A model generated the notes under the pieces. That model was not told the origin of the DNA. It saw only the letters and a program-made list of their open reading frames with translations, and did not search any database. This document shows positions 33,499 to 42,950 of a stretch of 64,000 nt of DNA, one piece after another. Numbering within the stretch: the stretch's first letter is position 1; each line of letters starts with the position of its first letter. This DNA comes from Nitrospirota bacterium. Its GTDB lineage: Bacteria; Nitrospirota; Thermodesulfovibrionia; Thermodesulfovibrionales; Dissulfurispiraceae. Made by a program: the position numbers and the translations under genes. The stretch is taken from assembly GCA_040758355.1 (NCBI GenBank), contig JBFLWF010000001.1, forward strand, positions 96,001 through 160,000, written 5' to 3'.

Positions 33499-35475
33499 CT
33501 ACAATCTTCCCTTAAGCAGGTCATTAACTACCGATGGGTCGGCAAGCGTGGAGGTGTCTCCCAGATCCTCCACATCACCCTTTGCTATTTTTCTCAGTAT
33601 CCTCCTCATTATCTTGCCGCTCCTTGTCTTTGGGAGTCCCGGTGCAAACTGGAGCTTGTCAGGAGTTGCAATCGGGCCTATTACAGTCCTTACATGCCCC
33701 ACAAGTATCTTTTTCAGCTCATCAGATGGCTGCTGTCCTTCCTTGAGAGTTACATAAACATATATGCCTTCACCCTTAATCTCGTGCGGGAAGCCGACCA
33801 CTGCTGCCTCTGCAACCGACTCGTGGCTGACAAGTGCTGACTCGACCTCTGCAGTGCCGAGCCTGTGTCCTGAGATATTGATGACATCGTCTATCCTTCC
33901 CATAAGCCAGTAGTCGCCATTTTCATCTATTCTCGCACCGTCTCCTGTAAAGTATTTTCCAGGGAATCTTGAGAAGTAGACCTCTTTGACTCTCTTGTTT
34001 TCAGTGTCTCCATATGTTCCCCTTATCATTCCGGGCCATGGCTTTTCTATTACAAGGTATCCTCCTTCGTTAACACCAGCAGGGGAGCCATTCTCTTTCA
34101 ATACTGATGGCACTACTCCGGGGAATGGCCTGTTTGCAGAGCCCGGTTTCAATGTCATTGCACCAGGAAGGGGTGTTATGAGTATTCCTCCTGTCTCTGT
34201 CTGCCACCATGTGTCCACAATGGGCAGTTTGCCTTTTCCAACATGGGTGTGATACCACATCCATGCCTCGGGGTTTATTGGTTCCCCAACGCTTCCGAGC
34301 AGTCGGAGAGATGAGAGGTCATGTTTCGTTACCCAGCTTTCTCCTTCCCTCATGAGAGCCCTTATTGCAGTTGGAGCAGTATAGAAAATGTTCACCCTGT
34401 GTTTGTCGCAAATCTCCCAGAACCTTCCGGGATTGGGATATGTGGGAATACCTTCGAACATTAAACTTGTTGCCCCGTTGCTCAATGGCCCGTAAACAAT
34501 GTAGCTGTGTCCTGTTACCCATCCTATGTCTGCAGTGCAGAAGTGGATGTCTTCATCGTGATAGTCGAATATCCATCTGAATGTGAGGTTTGTGAAGAGC
34601 ATGTATCCGCCTGTTGTGTGAAGGACACCTTTTGGTTTTCCTGTAGAGCCTGATGTATAAAGGATGAATAATGGGTCTTCGGAGTCCATCCATTCAGGCT
34701 CGCAATAGTTTGCTATATCAGGGGCGCTCATTTCTTCATGCCACCATAAGTCTCTGCTCGGCTCCATGTCTATAGCAGGGTCTGTTCTTTTCACAACTAT
34801 TACCTTCTCGACAGTAGGACATTCATGGAGTGCTTCGTCTGCATTCGCCTTTAGAGGAACAAATCTTCCGCCCCTTACTCCCCTGTCTGAAGTGATGAGG
34901 AGTTTTGACTGACAGTCCTGAATCCTGTCCCTTAATGCCTGCGCGCTGAATCCTCCGAATACTATGCTGTGGATTGCTCCTATCCTTGCGCATGCGAGCA
35001 TTGCTATTGCAAGCTCCGGTATCATTGGAAGATATATGGTTACCCTGTCTCCCTTCTTTACGCCGTGCTTTTTAAGGACATTGGCAAACCTGTTGACTTC
35101 ATAATAAAGCTGCTGATACGTGTATGTCCTGTAGCCTCCGCCGTCCATCTCCCATATGATGGCAGCCTTGTTCCTTATGGGTGTGTTTATGAACCTGTCG
35201 AGGCAGTTGTAGGATGCATTTAATTTGCCGCCTGCAAACCATTTTATCTCCGGCTTTTCAAAGCTCCACTCAAGGACCTTGTCCCATTTCTTGAACCATG
35301 TCAGATTCTTTTCAGCCATCTCCGACCAGAAGCCCTCGGGGTCTTCTATAGACCTCTTGTACATCTGCTCATACTCTTTCATGTTCTTGATATGGGCCTT
35401 TTCGCTGAATTCTTTCGATGGCGGAAATATCCTTTTCTCAGCCATTAATACATCAATCTTACCTGCTTCAGTCAT
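33499..35475 (-). CDS. acs: Acetyl-CoA synthetase (AMP-forming)
   Basis: [45 protein letters not shown]. Confidence 0.97.
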   Translation of the reverse strand: MTEAGKIDVLMAEKRIFPPSKEFSEKAHIKNMKEYEQMYKRSIEDPEGFWSEMAEKNLTWFKKWDKVLEWSFEKPEIKWFAGGKLNASYNCLDRFINTPIRNKAAIIWEMDGGGYRTYTYQQLYYEVNRFANVLKKHGVKKGDRVTIYLPMIPELAIAMLACARIGAIHSIVFGGFSAQALRDRIQDCQSKLLITSDRGVRGGRFVPLKANADEALHECPTVEKVIVVKRTDPAIDMEPSRDLWWHEEMSAPDIANYCEPEWMDSEDPLFILYTSGSTGKPKGVLHTTGGYMLFTNLTFRWIFDYHDEDIHFCTADIGWVTGHSYIVYGPLSNGATSLMFEGIPTYPNPGRFWEICDKHRVNIFYTAPTAIRALMREGESWVTKHDLSSLRLLGSVGEPINPEAWMWYHTHVGKGKLPIVDTWWQTETGGILITPLPGAMTLKPGSANRPFPGVVPSVLKENGSPAGVNEGGYLVIEKPWPGMIRGTYGDTENKRVKEVYFSRFPGKYFTGDGARIDENGDYWLMGRIDDVINISGHRLGTAEVESALVSHESVAEAAVVGFPHEIKGEGIYVYVTLKEGQQPSDELKKILVGHVRTVIGPIATPDKLQFAPGLPKTRSGKIMRRILRKIAKGDVEDLGDTSTLADPSVVNDLLKGRL

Positions 35476-35602
35476 AAATACCTCCGTTTTTATTAGTTAA
35501 TGAGTATATGAGTATATGAGTATATGAGTATATGAGGTTTTTTAACCCATTTACTCATTCACCCATTTGCCCATTAACTCATTTGCCGCCTTAAAGTCCA
35601 TT

Positions 35603-35872
35603 TTATTTATAAGTCCCCGACCTTAAGATTATAACAAAGGCCAGACGGACTATTACAATCAAAATAATCGAGATCCATGGAATGCAGCTTTCCTTTGCAA
35701 AGGGTACAATCTTTCGTGTAATTTTGTAAACCGGTTCTGTAAATTTAATAAAAAATGCCATTATAAAGTTTTCCCTGTTAGCCCTAAAAAGCGACAAGAC
35801 AAGTCTTCCAACAATAAGCCACATGAAAAGGGCAAGGGTATAGTTAATTATCTGTATCAGCCATGCAATCAT
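35603..35872 (-). CDS. YggT-like membrane protein
   Basis: Hydrophobic; N....F..FTEPVYK..R motif. Confidence 0.7.
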   Translation of the reverse strand: MIAWLIQIINYTLALFMWLIVGRLVLSLFRANRENFIMAFFIKFTEPVYKITRKIVPFAKESCIPWISIILIVIVRLAFVIILRSGTYK

Positions 35873-35953
35873 TTATCGCCCAAATATTCCTTTTTGGAGT
35901 ATTGGAGTGCTGGAGCAGTGTTTTGAATACAATGCTCCATCACTCCATTTATT

Positions 35954-37966
35954 TTACTCCAATGCTCCTTCTGCCTTTACTGCGCCTTTAGGATATCTGA
36001 CGCTCTCCACAAATTCCTGCATATCTTTTGATGGCTCAGCTGTGAGTCTCGACACTATCCAGATAGTGATAAAACCGAGCGGAATACCGAATATTCCAGA
36101 AGATACGGTTTTTATTCCCCACCAGTTAAGACCGAAAAACCTGCTGCCGACCATGTAGAACAGGGTTACTCCAAGTCCCACTACCATACCGGCAACAGCA
36201 CCTGCCTTATTTGCCCTCTTCGACCATATTCCCATGACAAGGGCAGGGAAGAACGATGCTGCTGCGAGGGAGAATGCCCATGCCACAAGCTCGACGATAA
36301 TAGTGAGTTTATATGTTGCCACATAGGCTGCAATGGCTGCGCTTACAACAAGCAGCGCCCTCGAAATCGTAAGCCTTCTCAGGATAGATGCCTTTGGATT
36401 GATTATCTTGTAATAGAGGTCATGTGAAAGTGCATTGGAAATAGTCAGGAGCAATCCGTCAGCAGTAGAGAGTGCTGCTGCAAGACCTCCTGCTGCCACA
36501 AGGCCTGCTATTACATAGGGAAGGCCTGCAATCTCTGGAGTTGCAAGCACTATGGCATCAGGCTTCAACAAAAGCTCTCCAAATTGCAGTATTCCGTCAC
36601 CGTTCATGTCTTTGACCGAAACAAGGCCTACCTTTGCCCATGAACTGACCCATCCCGGCAACGTGGCTACTGCCTGTCCGATAACATTTGTGAGCACCTC
36701 ATTCCTTGCAAATGCTGCATAGGCCGGTGCTGTAAAGTAGAGGAGGAATATAAAGAATAACGACCATGCAACAGATGAGCGCGCCTCTTTAACAGATGGC
36801 ACTGTATAGTATCTCATAAGAATGTGAGGAAGGCCAGCAGTACCCACCATGAGACAGAAGGTGAGGGCGAGCATGTTCTTCATATCCATTCTTGCAAAGG
36901 GCTGTATATAAGGTTTAGGCGTCTTGGCATTGTCTGCTGATGCCTTCTTTGCCTCTGTCCACTTTTCTTTTGCCTCTTCAGGTGTCTTCGGGAGGTCTTT
37001 TATGGCCTTCTGTATGGCCTCTCTGTCTTTTGCAGGTACATCTGCAGGAAGGGCAGCAAGCTTTGCCTCAAGAGATTTCTTTTCTTCATCCAGGCTTGCA
37101 GGGAGTGCCTTTATCTTTGCATCGAGATCACCTGCACGCTTTTTCCATAGATCTCGTACCTGCTGCTCAACAGGGCTTGCTATAATCTCCTTTTCCTTTG
37201 CATCTATCTTCTGTAGTGCCTGTCCGTACATTATCTGCGGTATAGGAACGCCTGTGGTCTTATAGGACATAACAGTAACAGGAACGAGATAGGCAACGAT
37301 AAGGATTATATACTGTGCAACCTGTGTCCATGTAACAGCCCTCATGCCGCCGAGCATTGAGCATACGAGGATGCCTGCGAGACCTACGAAGACGCCGACA
37401 TTAAAGGAGATCCCCAGGAATCGGCTTGTGATAATTCCTACGCCTGTGACCTGTGCTATGAGATAGGTGAAAGACGCGATAATTGCTGCTATAATACCAA
37501 TGGTACGGGCGACATTTCCTCCATACCTTGCACCTAAAAAGTCAGGGATGGTGTACTGGCCGAATTTTCTCAGGTAGGGAGCCAGGAAAACCGCCAGCAG
37601 GACATAGCCGCCCGTCCAACCCATAACATAGGCAAGTCCGTCATATCCGAATGTGTATATTGTTCCAGCCATGCCTATAAAGGATGCAGCAGACATCCAG
37701 TCAGAGCCTGTTGCCATGCCATTGAAAAATGCCGGAACCCTTCTACCTGCAACGTAGTATTCGGATATCTTTGCGGTTCTCGACATGATGCCTATTGCAG
37801 CATAAACAGCTATGGTAACGGCCATGAATGTCCAGCCAATGTACTTCGGCTGCAGCCCCAGCTGTTCTGCTATTCCGAGGGCTATAACAAAGGCAATAAA
37901 CACCCCTGTGTAAATGCCGTAAATCTTACCGAGGTTTTGCGTGAATGCATCTTTCTTCTCTGCCAT
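35954..37966 (-). CDS. Sodium/solute symporter, ActP-like (VC_2705-type) with a large coiled-coil loop
   Basis: YYVAGR, NGMATGSDWMSAASF, GTAGLPHILMRYYT, AAALSTADGLLL. Confidence 0.9.
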   Translation of the reverse strand: MAEKKDAFTQNLGKIYGIYTGVFIAFVIALGIAEQLGLQPKYIGWTFMAVTIAVYAAIGIMSRTAKISEYYVAGRRVPAFFNGMATGSDWMSAASFIGMAGTIYTFGYDGLAYVMGWTGGYVLLAVFLAPYLRKFGQYTIPDFLGARYGGNVARTIGIIAAIIASFTYLIAQVTGVGIITSRFLGISFNVGVFVGLAGILVCSMLGGMRAVTWTQVAQYIILIVAYLVPVTVMSYKTTGVPIPQIMYGQALQKIDAKEKEIIASPVEQQVRDLWKKRAGDLDAKIKALPASLDEEKKSLEAKLAALPADVPAKDREAIQKAIKDLPKTPEEAKEKWTEAKKASADNAKTPKPYIQPFARMDMKNMLALTFCLMVGTAGLPHILMRYYTVPSVKEARSSVAWSLFFIFLLYFTAPAYAAFARNEVLTNVIGQAVATLPGWVSSWAKVGLVSVKDMNGDGILQFGELLLKPDAIVLATPEIAGLPYVIAGLVAAGGLAAALSTADGLLLTISNALSHDLYYKIINPKASILRRLTISRALLVVSAAIAAYVATYKLTIIVELVAWAFSLAAASFFPALVMGIWSKRANKAGAVAGMVVGLGVTLFYMVGSRFFGLNWWGIKTVSSGIFGIPLGFITIWIVSRLTAEPSKDMQEFVESVRYPKGAVKAEGALE

Positions 37967-38227
37967 TTACTCCTCCTCCTCAACACCGTATTTTTTGTCG
38001 ATCCTGTTCATCTTTTTTGCGTAGTTTGCAATGAGCAGGACGAACACAATGAGAGAGCCCTGTGCACCCATGTAATATCCGAGCGGGAACCCGATAATTG
38101 ATATGTTATTCAGGGCATTTACTATTATCGCTGCGCCGAATGAGACAATGAACCATATTGCAAGGGTTATTGCAGTAAGTTTCTGGTTTTCTTTCCAGTA
38201 AGCCTCAAGTTTTTCTTTTTCGATCAT
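37967..38227 (-). CDS. Small symporter partner membrane protein (DUF4212-type)
   Basis: YWKEN...GFPLGYYMGAQGSL...MNRIDKKYG; RBS GGAGGAG. Confidence 0.85.
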   Translation of the reverse strand: MIEKEKLEAYWKENQKLTAITLAIWFIVSFGAAIIVNALNNISIIGFPLGYYMGAQGSLIVFVLLIANYAKKMNRIDKKYGVEEEE

Positions 38228-38296
38228 TTCTCCTCCTTCTCTGGTTTTTAATTTCAAATTTGAGATTTGAGATTTTTTGTTTTCACCTCCTCCCCC

Positions 38297-38953
38297 TTAA
38301 GGTCTTCCTATGATCAAGAGGTCTCTTACCGTCCTTACGCCGAGCTGCGGCAGGCGGCTCAAGAACCTCTGAAAAAGCTGCGCAGTGATAAAGGCATCCA
38401 TCAGGGCATTGTGCGCCCCGGATACCTGAATTTTGTATTTTTTCGCAAGTGAAAATAGATCCTTTTCTTCGTTATCTCCATATTGCCTGCTGAAATCCCC
38501 ATTGTGATGCTTTACCCAGTTGTGTATTCTGTATGTGTCGACAGCAGGATTATCAAGGGATTGTCCTGAAAATCTCTTTATTTCCCTGTTAAGGAACATG
38601 AGGTCAAGATGGATGAAATGACCCACGAGCACGCACTCCTTGCAAAAATTCATAAGTTCAGGAATTACGCCTCCTATGTACGGTTTTTCTTCCACCTCTG
38701 AAGGCGTGATGCCGTGAACTACAACGCTGTCCGAGGTAAGGGCTGTCTGTGGCTTTACAAGCCTGTAAAATGCCTCTCCCAGCTTTATCCTCATGCCAGA
38801 CATCTTTATCGCGCCGATGGATACTATCGAGTCCCGTTTCGGGTCAAGGCCTGTAAGCTCTGTATCAATGACCGCATAACATGCCTCATTTATGGCAATA
38901 TCGAGCAGCTCCTTCGGATACTCGGCAACCCTTCTTTTAAACAAAGTAAGCAT
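38297..38953 (-). CDS. DEDDh 3'-5' exonuclease (DnaQ-like)
   Basis: IDTELTG, GHFIHLD, HNALMDA; coupled to the upstream gene by a TAATG overlap. Confidence 0.9.
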   Translation of the reverse strand: MLTLFKRRVAEYPKELLDIAINEACYAVIDTELTGLDPKRDSIVSIGAIKMSGMRIKLGEAFYRLVKPQTALTSDSVVVHGITPSEVEEKPYIGGVIPELMNFCKECVLVGHFIHLDLMFLNREIKRFSGQSLDNPAVDTYRIHNWVKHHNGDFSRQYGDNEEKDLFSLAKKYKIQVSGAHNALMDAFITAQLFQRFLSRLPQLGVRTVRDLLIIGRP

Positions 38954-40857
38954 TATCCACCCACCATTCCGGGACCGTACTGATCTATAATGGATTCCTG
39001 AATTTTTGATATGATATGGAATGCCTCTTTAAGGGATTTCCTTTCGAGGCTGCTCAGTTTTGCAGGATTTATAAAATTGTCAGGAGGAATAGACCCCTCT
39101 ATCTGCTCCATCTGGTGGTGTATCCTCAGATGGTTTATGAACTCAAATGACTGTCCAAGCTCATCGCCCATTTCTTTGATCACGGGATTTTTGTCCCTGA
39201 GTTCCTCTATCCTCTCGATAGTGGATGTTGCATTCACGCCGGACTCGAGGGCAAAGAGCCTTATAATGTCAACAAGAGGCCCTATGCCGTTAACCTTTAG
39301 ATTCAGCTCGTCTTTATGCTCACCGCTCTTTTCCACGATAAAGGCCTTGAAAAATCCGAGGGGAGGCCTGTTCTTTGTTATTATCCCTGCCATTTTTGCA
39401 AGGAATATTTTCTGTCCCTTTAATGCATTGTTGAGGTATGCCCTCAACTCGTCCGCAAGGCCAAATTGTCCATAGAGGGGCCTGAAATCAAAGAATATGA
39501 GGGATTTAAGCACAGAATCCGGTGTTGGGCTCGATATCCATTTTGAAAAATATTTCTTCCATACGCTCAAAGGCTGTCGCCACTCAGGATTACTCGCCAT
39601 GTTATCTGCAGGACAGAGTGGAAAGCCGCATTTAACAAGGCAGTCCCTCACAAATACAGAGAAATCGGAAAAATACTTCTCCACCTCTTTTCTTTTCGTC
39701 TCATCCGACATATCGGCATAGATAATCGCATTATCCTGGTCTGTCCTGAAGGTCTGCTCCCTGCGTCCTTCGCTTCCGAACACAATCCAGCAATAGGAAA
39801 CAGGCGGCTTGCCGAGTTTGTTTTCGGCTATTTCGAGGACCTTTCTTATAATCCTGTCGTTGAGTTCCGAGATTATCTTTGTTATGTTGACTGCCCTTGC
39901 CCCTTCTTTCAGAAGCAGGCCTATTATCTTATTTATCTTCTCTGCTACCGGCACCAGCCCATCTATGGTTGTCTGGCTTTCTATGTCCTTTGCAAAGGAG
40001 AGGGGGGATTTGCCCTGAAGGAGCATGAGGTCGTGGTTTGTCAAGACCCCTCTCAGGTTTCCATCCATTATCACAAGCACATGGTGGATGTTGTGCTTTA
40101 TCATCTTTAAGACAGCTTCGAAACAGTAATCATTTGCATCTACCCTTATAAGGGGCAGGGATTTTATGCTGTCTATAGGCTCTGTGACATCCCGGCCCTT
40201 TGCAACTACCTTTTCCCTGAGGTCCCTGTCCGTTACAATGCCTGTTGGAAGATTATTTTTATCCACGATTATCACCGAGCTTACTTTATGGGCTGCCATG
40301 ACCCTTGCAGCCTCTTTTATGGGCGTCCCCTCTATCACCTTCACCACATCCTTTAAGGCAATATCGCCAACACGGGTTGTAAAAAGGACATGGTCGCTGC
40401 TGCCGTAAAACAGGCTCTTGCCGTGCAACTCCCTGTATGTTTTGTCTATATACTTTGAGAAATGGGACTGCAGGAAATATTCGGTAAATGCCGGAGTGGA
40501 ATCTATAAGCTCAAGAAGCCTTTCCTTTGCAAGCAGATAGCAGACTGTATCATCTACAGCAGTTACAGTTGTTTTCTGTTTGTTGCCCATAAGGGACATT
40601 AATCCGAAGGATTCTCCCTCACCCCGGTAATCTATTACCACATCCTCACCGCTGTCGGTTTTTATGGAGACCCTGACTCCTCCTTTTTTTATTATCCTCA
40701 GGGAGTCGCTGGGAGGTCCATCCTGTTTAAGGATAATGGTGTCTTTCGGATAAAAATCCACTGATATGCTGTTGACAACACTGTCCAATACAGCATCGTC
40801 CAGAAATTGAAAAGGCGGGGTGTTCTTCAGAAATTTTTTAATGTCCTCAAAATACAT
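38953..40857 (-). CDS. cNMP-binding + 2xCBS + DUF294 nucleotidyltransferase
   Basis: PPF..L and GESFG (cNMP), GIVTDRDLR (CBS), FGSEGRREQ...DQDNA (NTase GS..DxD), FFDFRP. Confidence 0.9.
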   Translation of the reverse strand: MYFEDIKKFLKNTPPFQFLDDAVLDSVVNSISVDFYPKDTIILKQDGPPSDSLRIIKKGGVRVSIKTDSGEDVVIDYRGEGESFGLMSLMGNKQKTTVTAVDDTVCYLLAKERLLELIDSTPAFTEYFLQSHFSKYIDKTYRELHGKSLFYGSSDHVLFTTRVGDIALKDVVKVIEGTPIKEAARVMAAHKVSSVIIVDKNNLPTGIVTDRDLREKVVAKGRDVTEPIDSIKSLPLIRVDANDYCFEAVLKMIKHNIHHVLVIMDGNLRGVLTNHDLMLLQGKSPLSFAKDIESQTTIDGLVPVAEKINKIIGLLLKEGARAVNITKIISELNDRIIRKVLEIAENKLGKPPVSYCWIVFGSEGRREQTFRTDQDNAIIYADMSDETKRKEVEKYFSDFSVFVRDCLVKCGFPLCPADNMASNPEWRQPLSVWKKYFSKWISSPTPDSVLKSLIFFDFRPLYGQFGLADELRAYLNNALKGQKIFLAKMAGIITKNRPPLGFFKAFIVEKSGEHKDELNLKVNGIGPLVDIIRLFALESGVNATSTIERIEELRDKNPVIKEMGDELGQSFEFINHLRIHHQMEQIEGSIPPDNFINPAKLSSLERKSLKEAFHIISKIQESIIDQYGPGMVGG

Positions 40858-40881
40858 ATGTCCTCCAAGGTTAGAATTTAT

Positions 40882-40897
40882 AGCAAATGAAATGCCA
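40882..40897 (-). promoter_or_regulatory. sigma54 (-24/-12) promoter of the DUF294-exonuclease-symporter-acs operon
   Basis: TGGCATTTCATTTGCT: GG-N10-GC, 24 bp upstream of the ATG. Confidence 0.85.
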
Positions 40898-40922
40898 GAT
40901 TTTATAATTTAAAATACAATTA

Positions 40923-40935
40923 AATCAAGGACTTG
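40923..40935 (+). promoter_or_regulatory. IHF binding site
   Basis: AATCAAGGACTTG matches WATCAANNNNTTR, between the sigma54 promoter and the putative enhancer. Confidence 0.7.
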
Positions 40936-40967
40936 CAAAAATGAATCAGGGCTGTTCTGTTAAGCCT

Positions 40968-41014
40968 TGTAACTAAAAGTAATAGAGGGCAGATTTTTGT
41001 TACTTTGTGTAGCA
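40968..41014. promoter_or_regulatory. Putative enhancer (two UAS palindromes) for an NtrC-family activator
   Basis: TGTAAC-N5-GTAATA and TGTTAC-N5-GTAGCA, 30 bp apart. Confidence 0.55.
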
Positions 41015-41046
41015 AGGGCAAGTTACAATTATTAATCAGTTGATAA

Positions 41047-41889
41047 TTAAGGAATAAGCATGGAGTGGTTCTTGATCTCCCTATAAGAAAAAACAGGGCC
41101 GTCTGTGCAGATGTATTTGGGGCCAGCATAGCAATGGCCGCATTTGCCGACACCGCACTTCATATGAGATTCGAGGGTGGTGATTATCTTCTCATCAGGC
41201 ATGCCGAGAAAGAACAGGTCTCTCATGGCAGCCTTAATCATTACCTCAGGGCCGCATATATAAGCGACTGCCCTTTTAAAGCTTGTGCGCACCTCCGGCC
41301 AGAGACCTGTCACGAGTCCCACGCTTCCATTCCATTTGTCACTTCCCTTATCAGCAGTCAGTACAACTGTTATTCCGGCCTTTTCCCATTCTTCTACTTC
41401 ATCCCGGAATATAATCTCATCCGGTGTTCTTGAGCCGTAAAGGAGGGTTACTTTACCGACCTCATTGTGATTCTTTATAAACTGTTTTATAAGGGGTCTA
41501 AGGGGTGCAATGCCGATTCCACCTGCAACCATGACCACATCTCTTCCCTTTGATATATCTATGGGAAAGCCATTTCCGTAAGGCCCCCTCAACCCGATGG
41601 TTTGTCCTGTCTCCAAGGAATGGATTGCAGAGGTTACAACACCCGTCTTTCTAATGCATAGCTCTATTGTCCCATTCTTTTCAGGCAGGGATGCCACGGA
41701 TATCGGGACTTCGCCCGCACCCCAGAAAGAGACCATAAAGAACTGTCCGGGAACATAATCAATAGAAGCCCCTGTCTTTACCTTGAAGAGTCTCACATCA
41801 CCTGTGAGTTGTGTGATCTCCTCTATTTTGCCGCTCAGGGGTATGTATACATTCTCGTTCGTCCAGTTATTTTTCATACTGCCTTTCAT
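41047..41889 (-). CDS. FAD/NAD(P)-binding 2Fe-2S subunit (AsrB / sulfhydrogenase gamma-like)
   Basis: PGQF, GEVPIS, RGPYGNGF, GGIGIAPL, CGPEVM, MKCGVGKCGHC...C. Confidence 0.9.
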   Translation of the reverse strand: MKGSMKNNWTNENVYIPLSGKIEEITQLTGDVRLFKVKTGASIDYVPGQFFMVSFWGAGEVPISVASLPEKNGTIELCIRKTGVVTSAIHSLETGQTIGLRGPYGNGFPIDISKGRDVVMVAGGIGIAPLRPLIKQFIKNHNEVGKVTLLYGSRTPDEIIFRDEVEEWEKAGITVVLTADKGSDKWNGSVGLVTGLWPEVRTSFKRAVAYICGPEVMIKAAMRDLFFLGMPDEKIITTLESHMKCGVGKCGHCYAGPKYICTDGPVFSYREIKNHSMLIP

Positions 41890-42950
41890 TCTTCTTCCTC
41901 GCTGATAACAAGTCCTTTAAGCTTTGTTGCGATGGAGGCCATATCGATCTTTCCGGGGCATGTTATGGTGCATCTTCCGCACCCAACACACCCGAAACCG
42001 CCCAGCGTTTCAGGATAATGGATCAGCTTGTGATAATACCACCTCTTTGTCCTTTTAACCATTATTTCATTGGGCAGAATACCTCCGGCCATCCGTGTAA
42101 ATCCCTTGAACATGCATGTATCCCACAGCCTTATCCTTTCAGTTCCTTCAGGATATGCCCTGTCTGTAACAGTAAAGCAGGTACAAAGGGGGCAATCGTA
42201 TACACAACCCCCGCATTCAAAGCACCTGCCGGCAACCCACTGCCAGAAGTCGTCCTTTACCTTTCCTGAAAGGATCATCTCCCTTATGCCTTCCAGGTTT
42301 ATTCTTTTATGGAACCTTGCCTTTGAGCTGAGAAAGGCTTCGTACTGATCTTCATAATCTGCTCTTTTAGGTTTTCTGAAAAGAAATGACATGGAGTTTA
42401 TTGTTTTTGCGCCTTCAGGAGAGCCTATCTGCACAAAGTACCTGTCTCCGAGGTCTGTCATCTGTACGTCAAACCCCTTTTCTAAATAGGGGCCTGTCCC
42501 GAGTCCCATGCAGAAGCATGTGGGGTCAGGATCGTTGCATACAATGGATATGAAAAGGGTATTCCTTCTTCTTTCTGCATAATAAGGGTCTTTATGGCCT
42601 TCGAGATAGAATTTATCTAAGAGTGCGAGTGCAGAGATGTCGCATGACCTTACGCCGAATATGACCCGTTTTGTTCTATCTGTCAGATCAACTACTTCTT
42701 GACCTTTGTCCCTTGCCCCTTGACTCTGTTCTTTATATTCGAGCATTGGCTCGTATTGAGGGAAAAGGAATTCCTTTGGCGATGGCAGTGATGATGGACA
42801 GTCAAGAACAATCTCGTGTATCTTATCAACACCTTTAAAGACAATATCATTACCGCCATTCATCAAAGGCCCGATAAGCTCCCTGTTCTTCCTGAGCTGT
42901 CTGAGCCAATAGGAGAGGTTGTTTTTGTCAAGAATTAACTCATTCTTCAT
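41886..42950 (-). CDS. 4Fe-4S dicluster subunit (AsrA / sulfhydrogenase beta-like)
   Basis: SPKEFLFP, GVRSCD, TCFC, CFECGGCVYDCPLCTC, CVGCGRCTITCP. Confidence 0.88.
   Translation of the reverse strand: MKNELILDKNNLSYWLRQLRKNRELIGPLMNGGNDIVFKGVDKIHEIVLDCPSSLPSPKEFLFPQYEPMLEYKEQSQGARDKGQEVVDLTDRTKRVIFGVRSCDISALALLDKFYLEGHKDPYYAERRRNTLFISIVCNDPDPTCFCMGLGTGPYLEKGFDVQMTDLGDRYFVQIGSPEGAKTINSMSFLFRKPKRADYEDQYEAFLSSKARFHKRINLEGIREMILSGKVKDDFWQWVAGRCFECGGCVYDCPLCTCFTVTDRAYPEGTERIRLWDTCMFKGFTRMAGGILPNEIMVKRTKRWYYHKLIHYPETLGGFGCVGCGRCTITCPGKIDMASIATKLKGLVISEEEE

Noticed and set aside
35495..35587. CRISPR array
   Set aside because: 8-bp tandem units without unique spacers; no cas genes in the window.
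38297..38953. DNA polymerase III epsilon (dnaQ)
   Set aside because: It has the DEDDh fold, but coupling to the DUF294 gene in a transporter operon points to the separate DUF294-associated exonuclease group.
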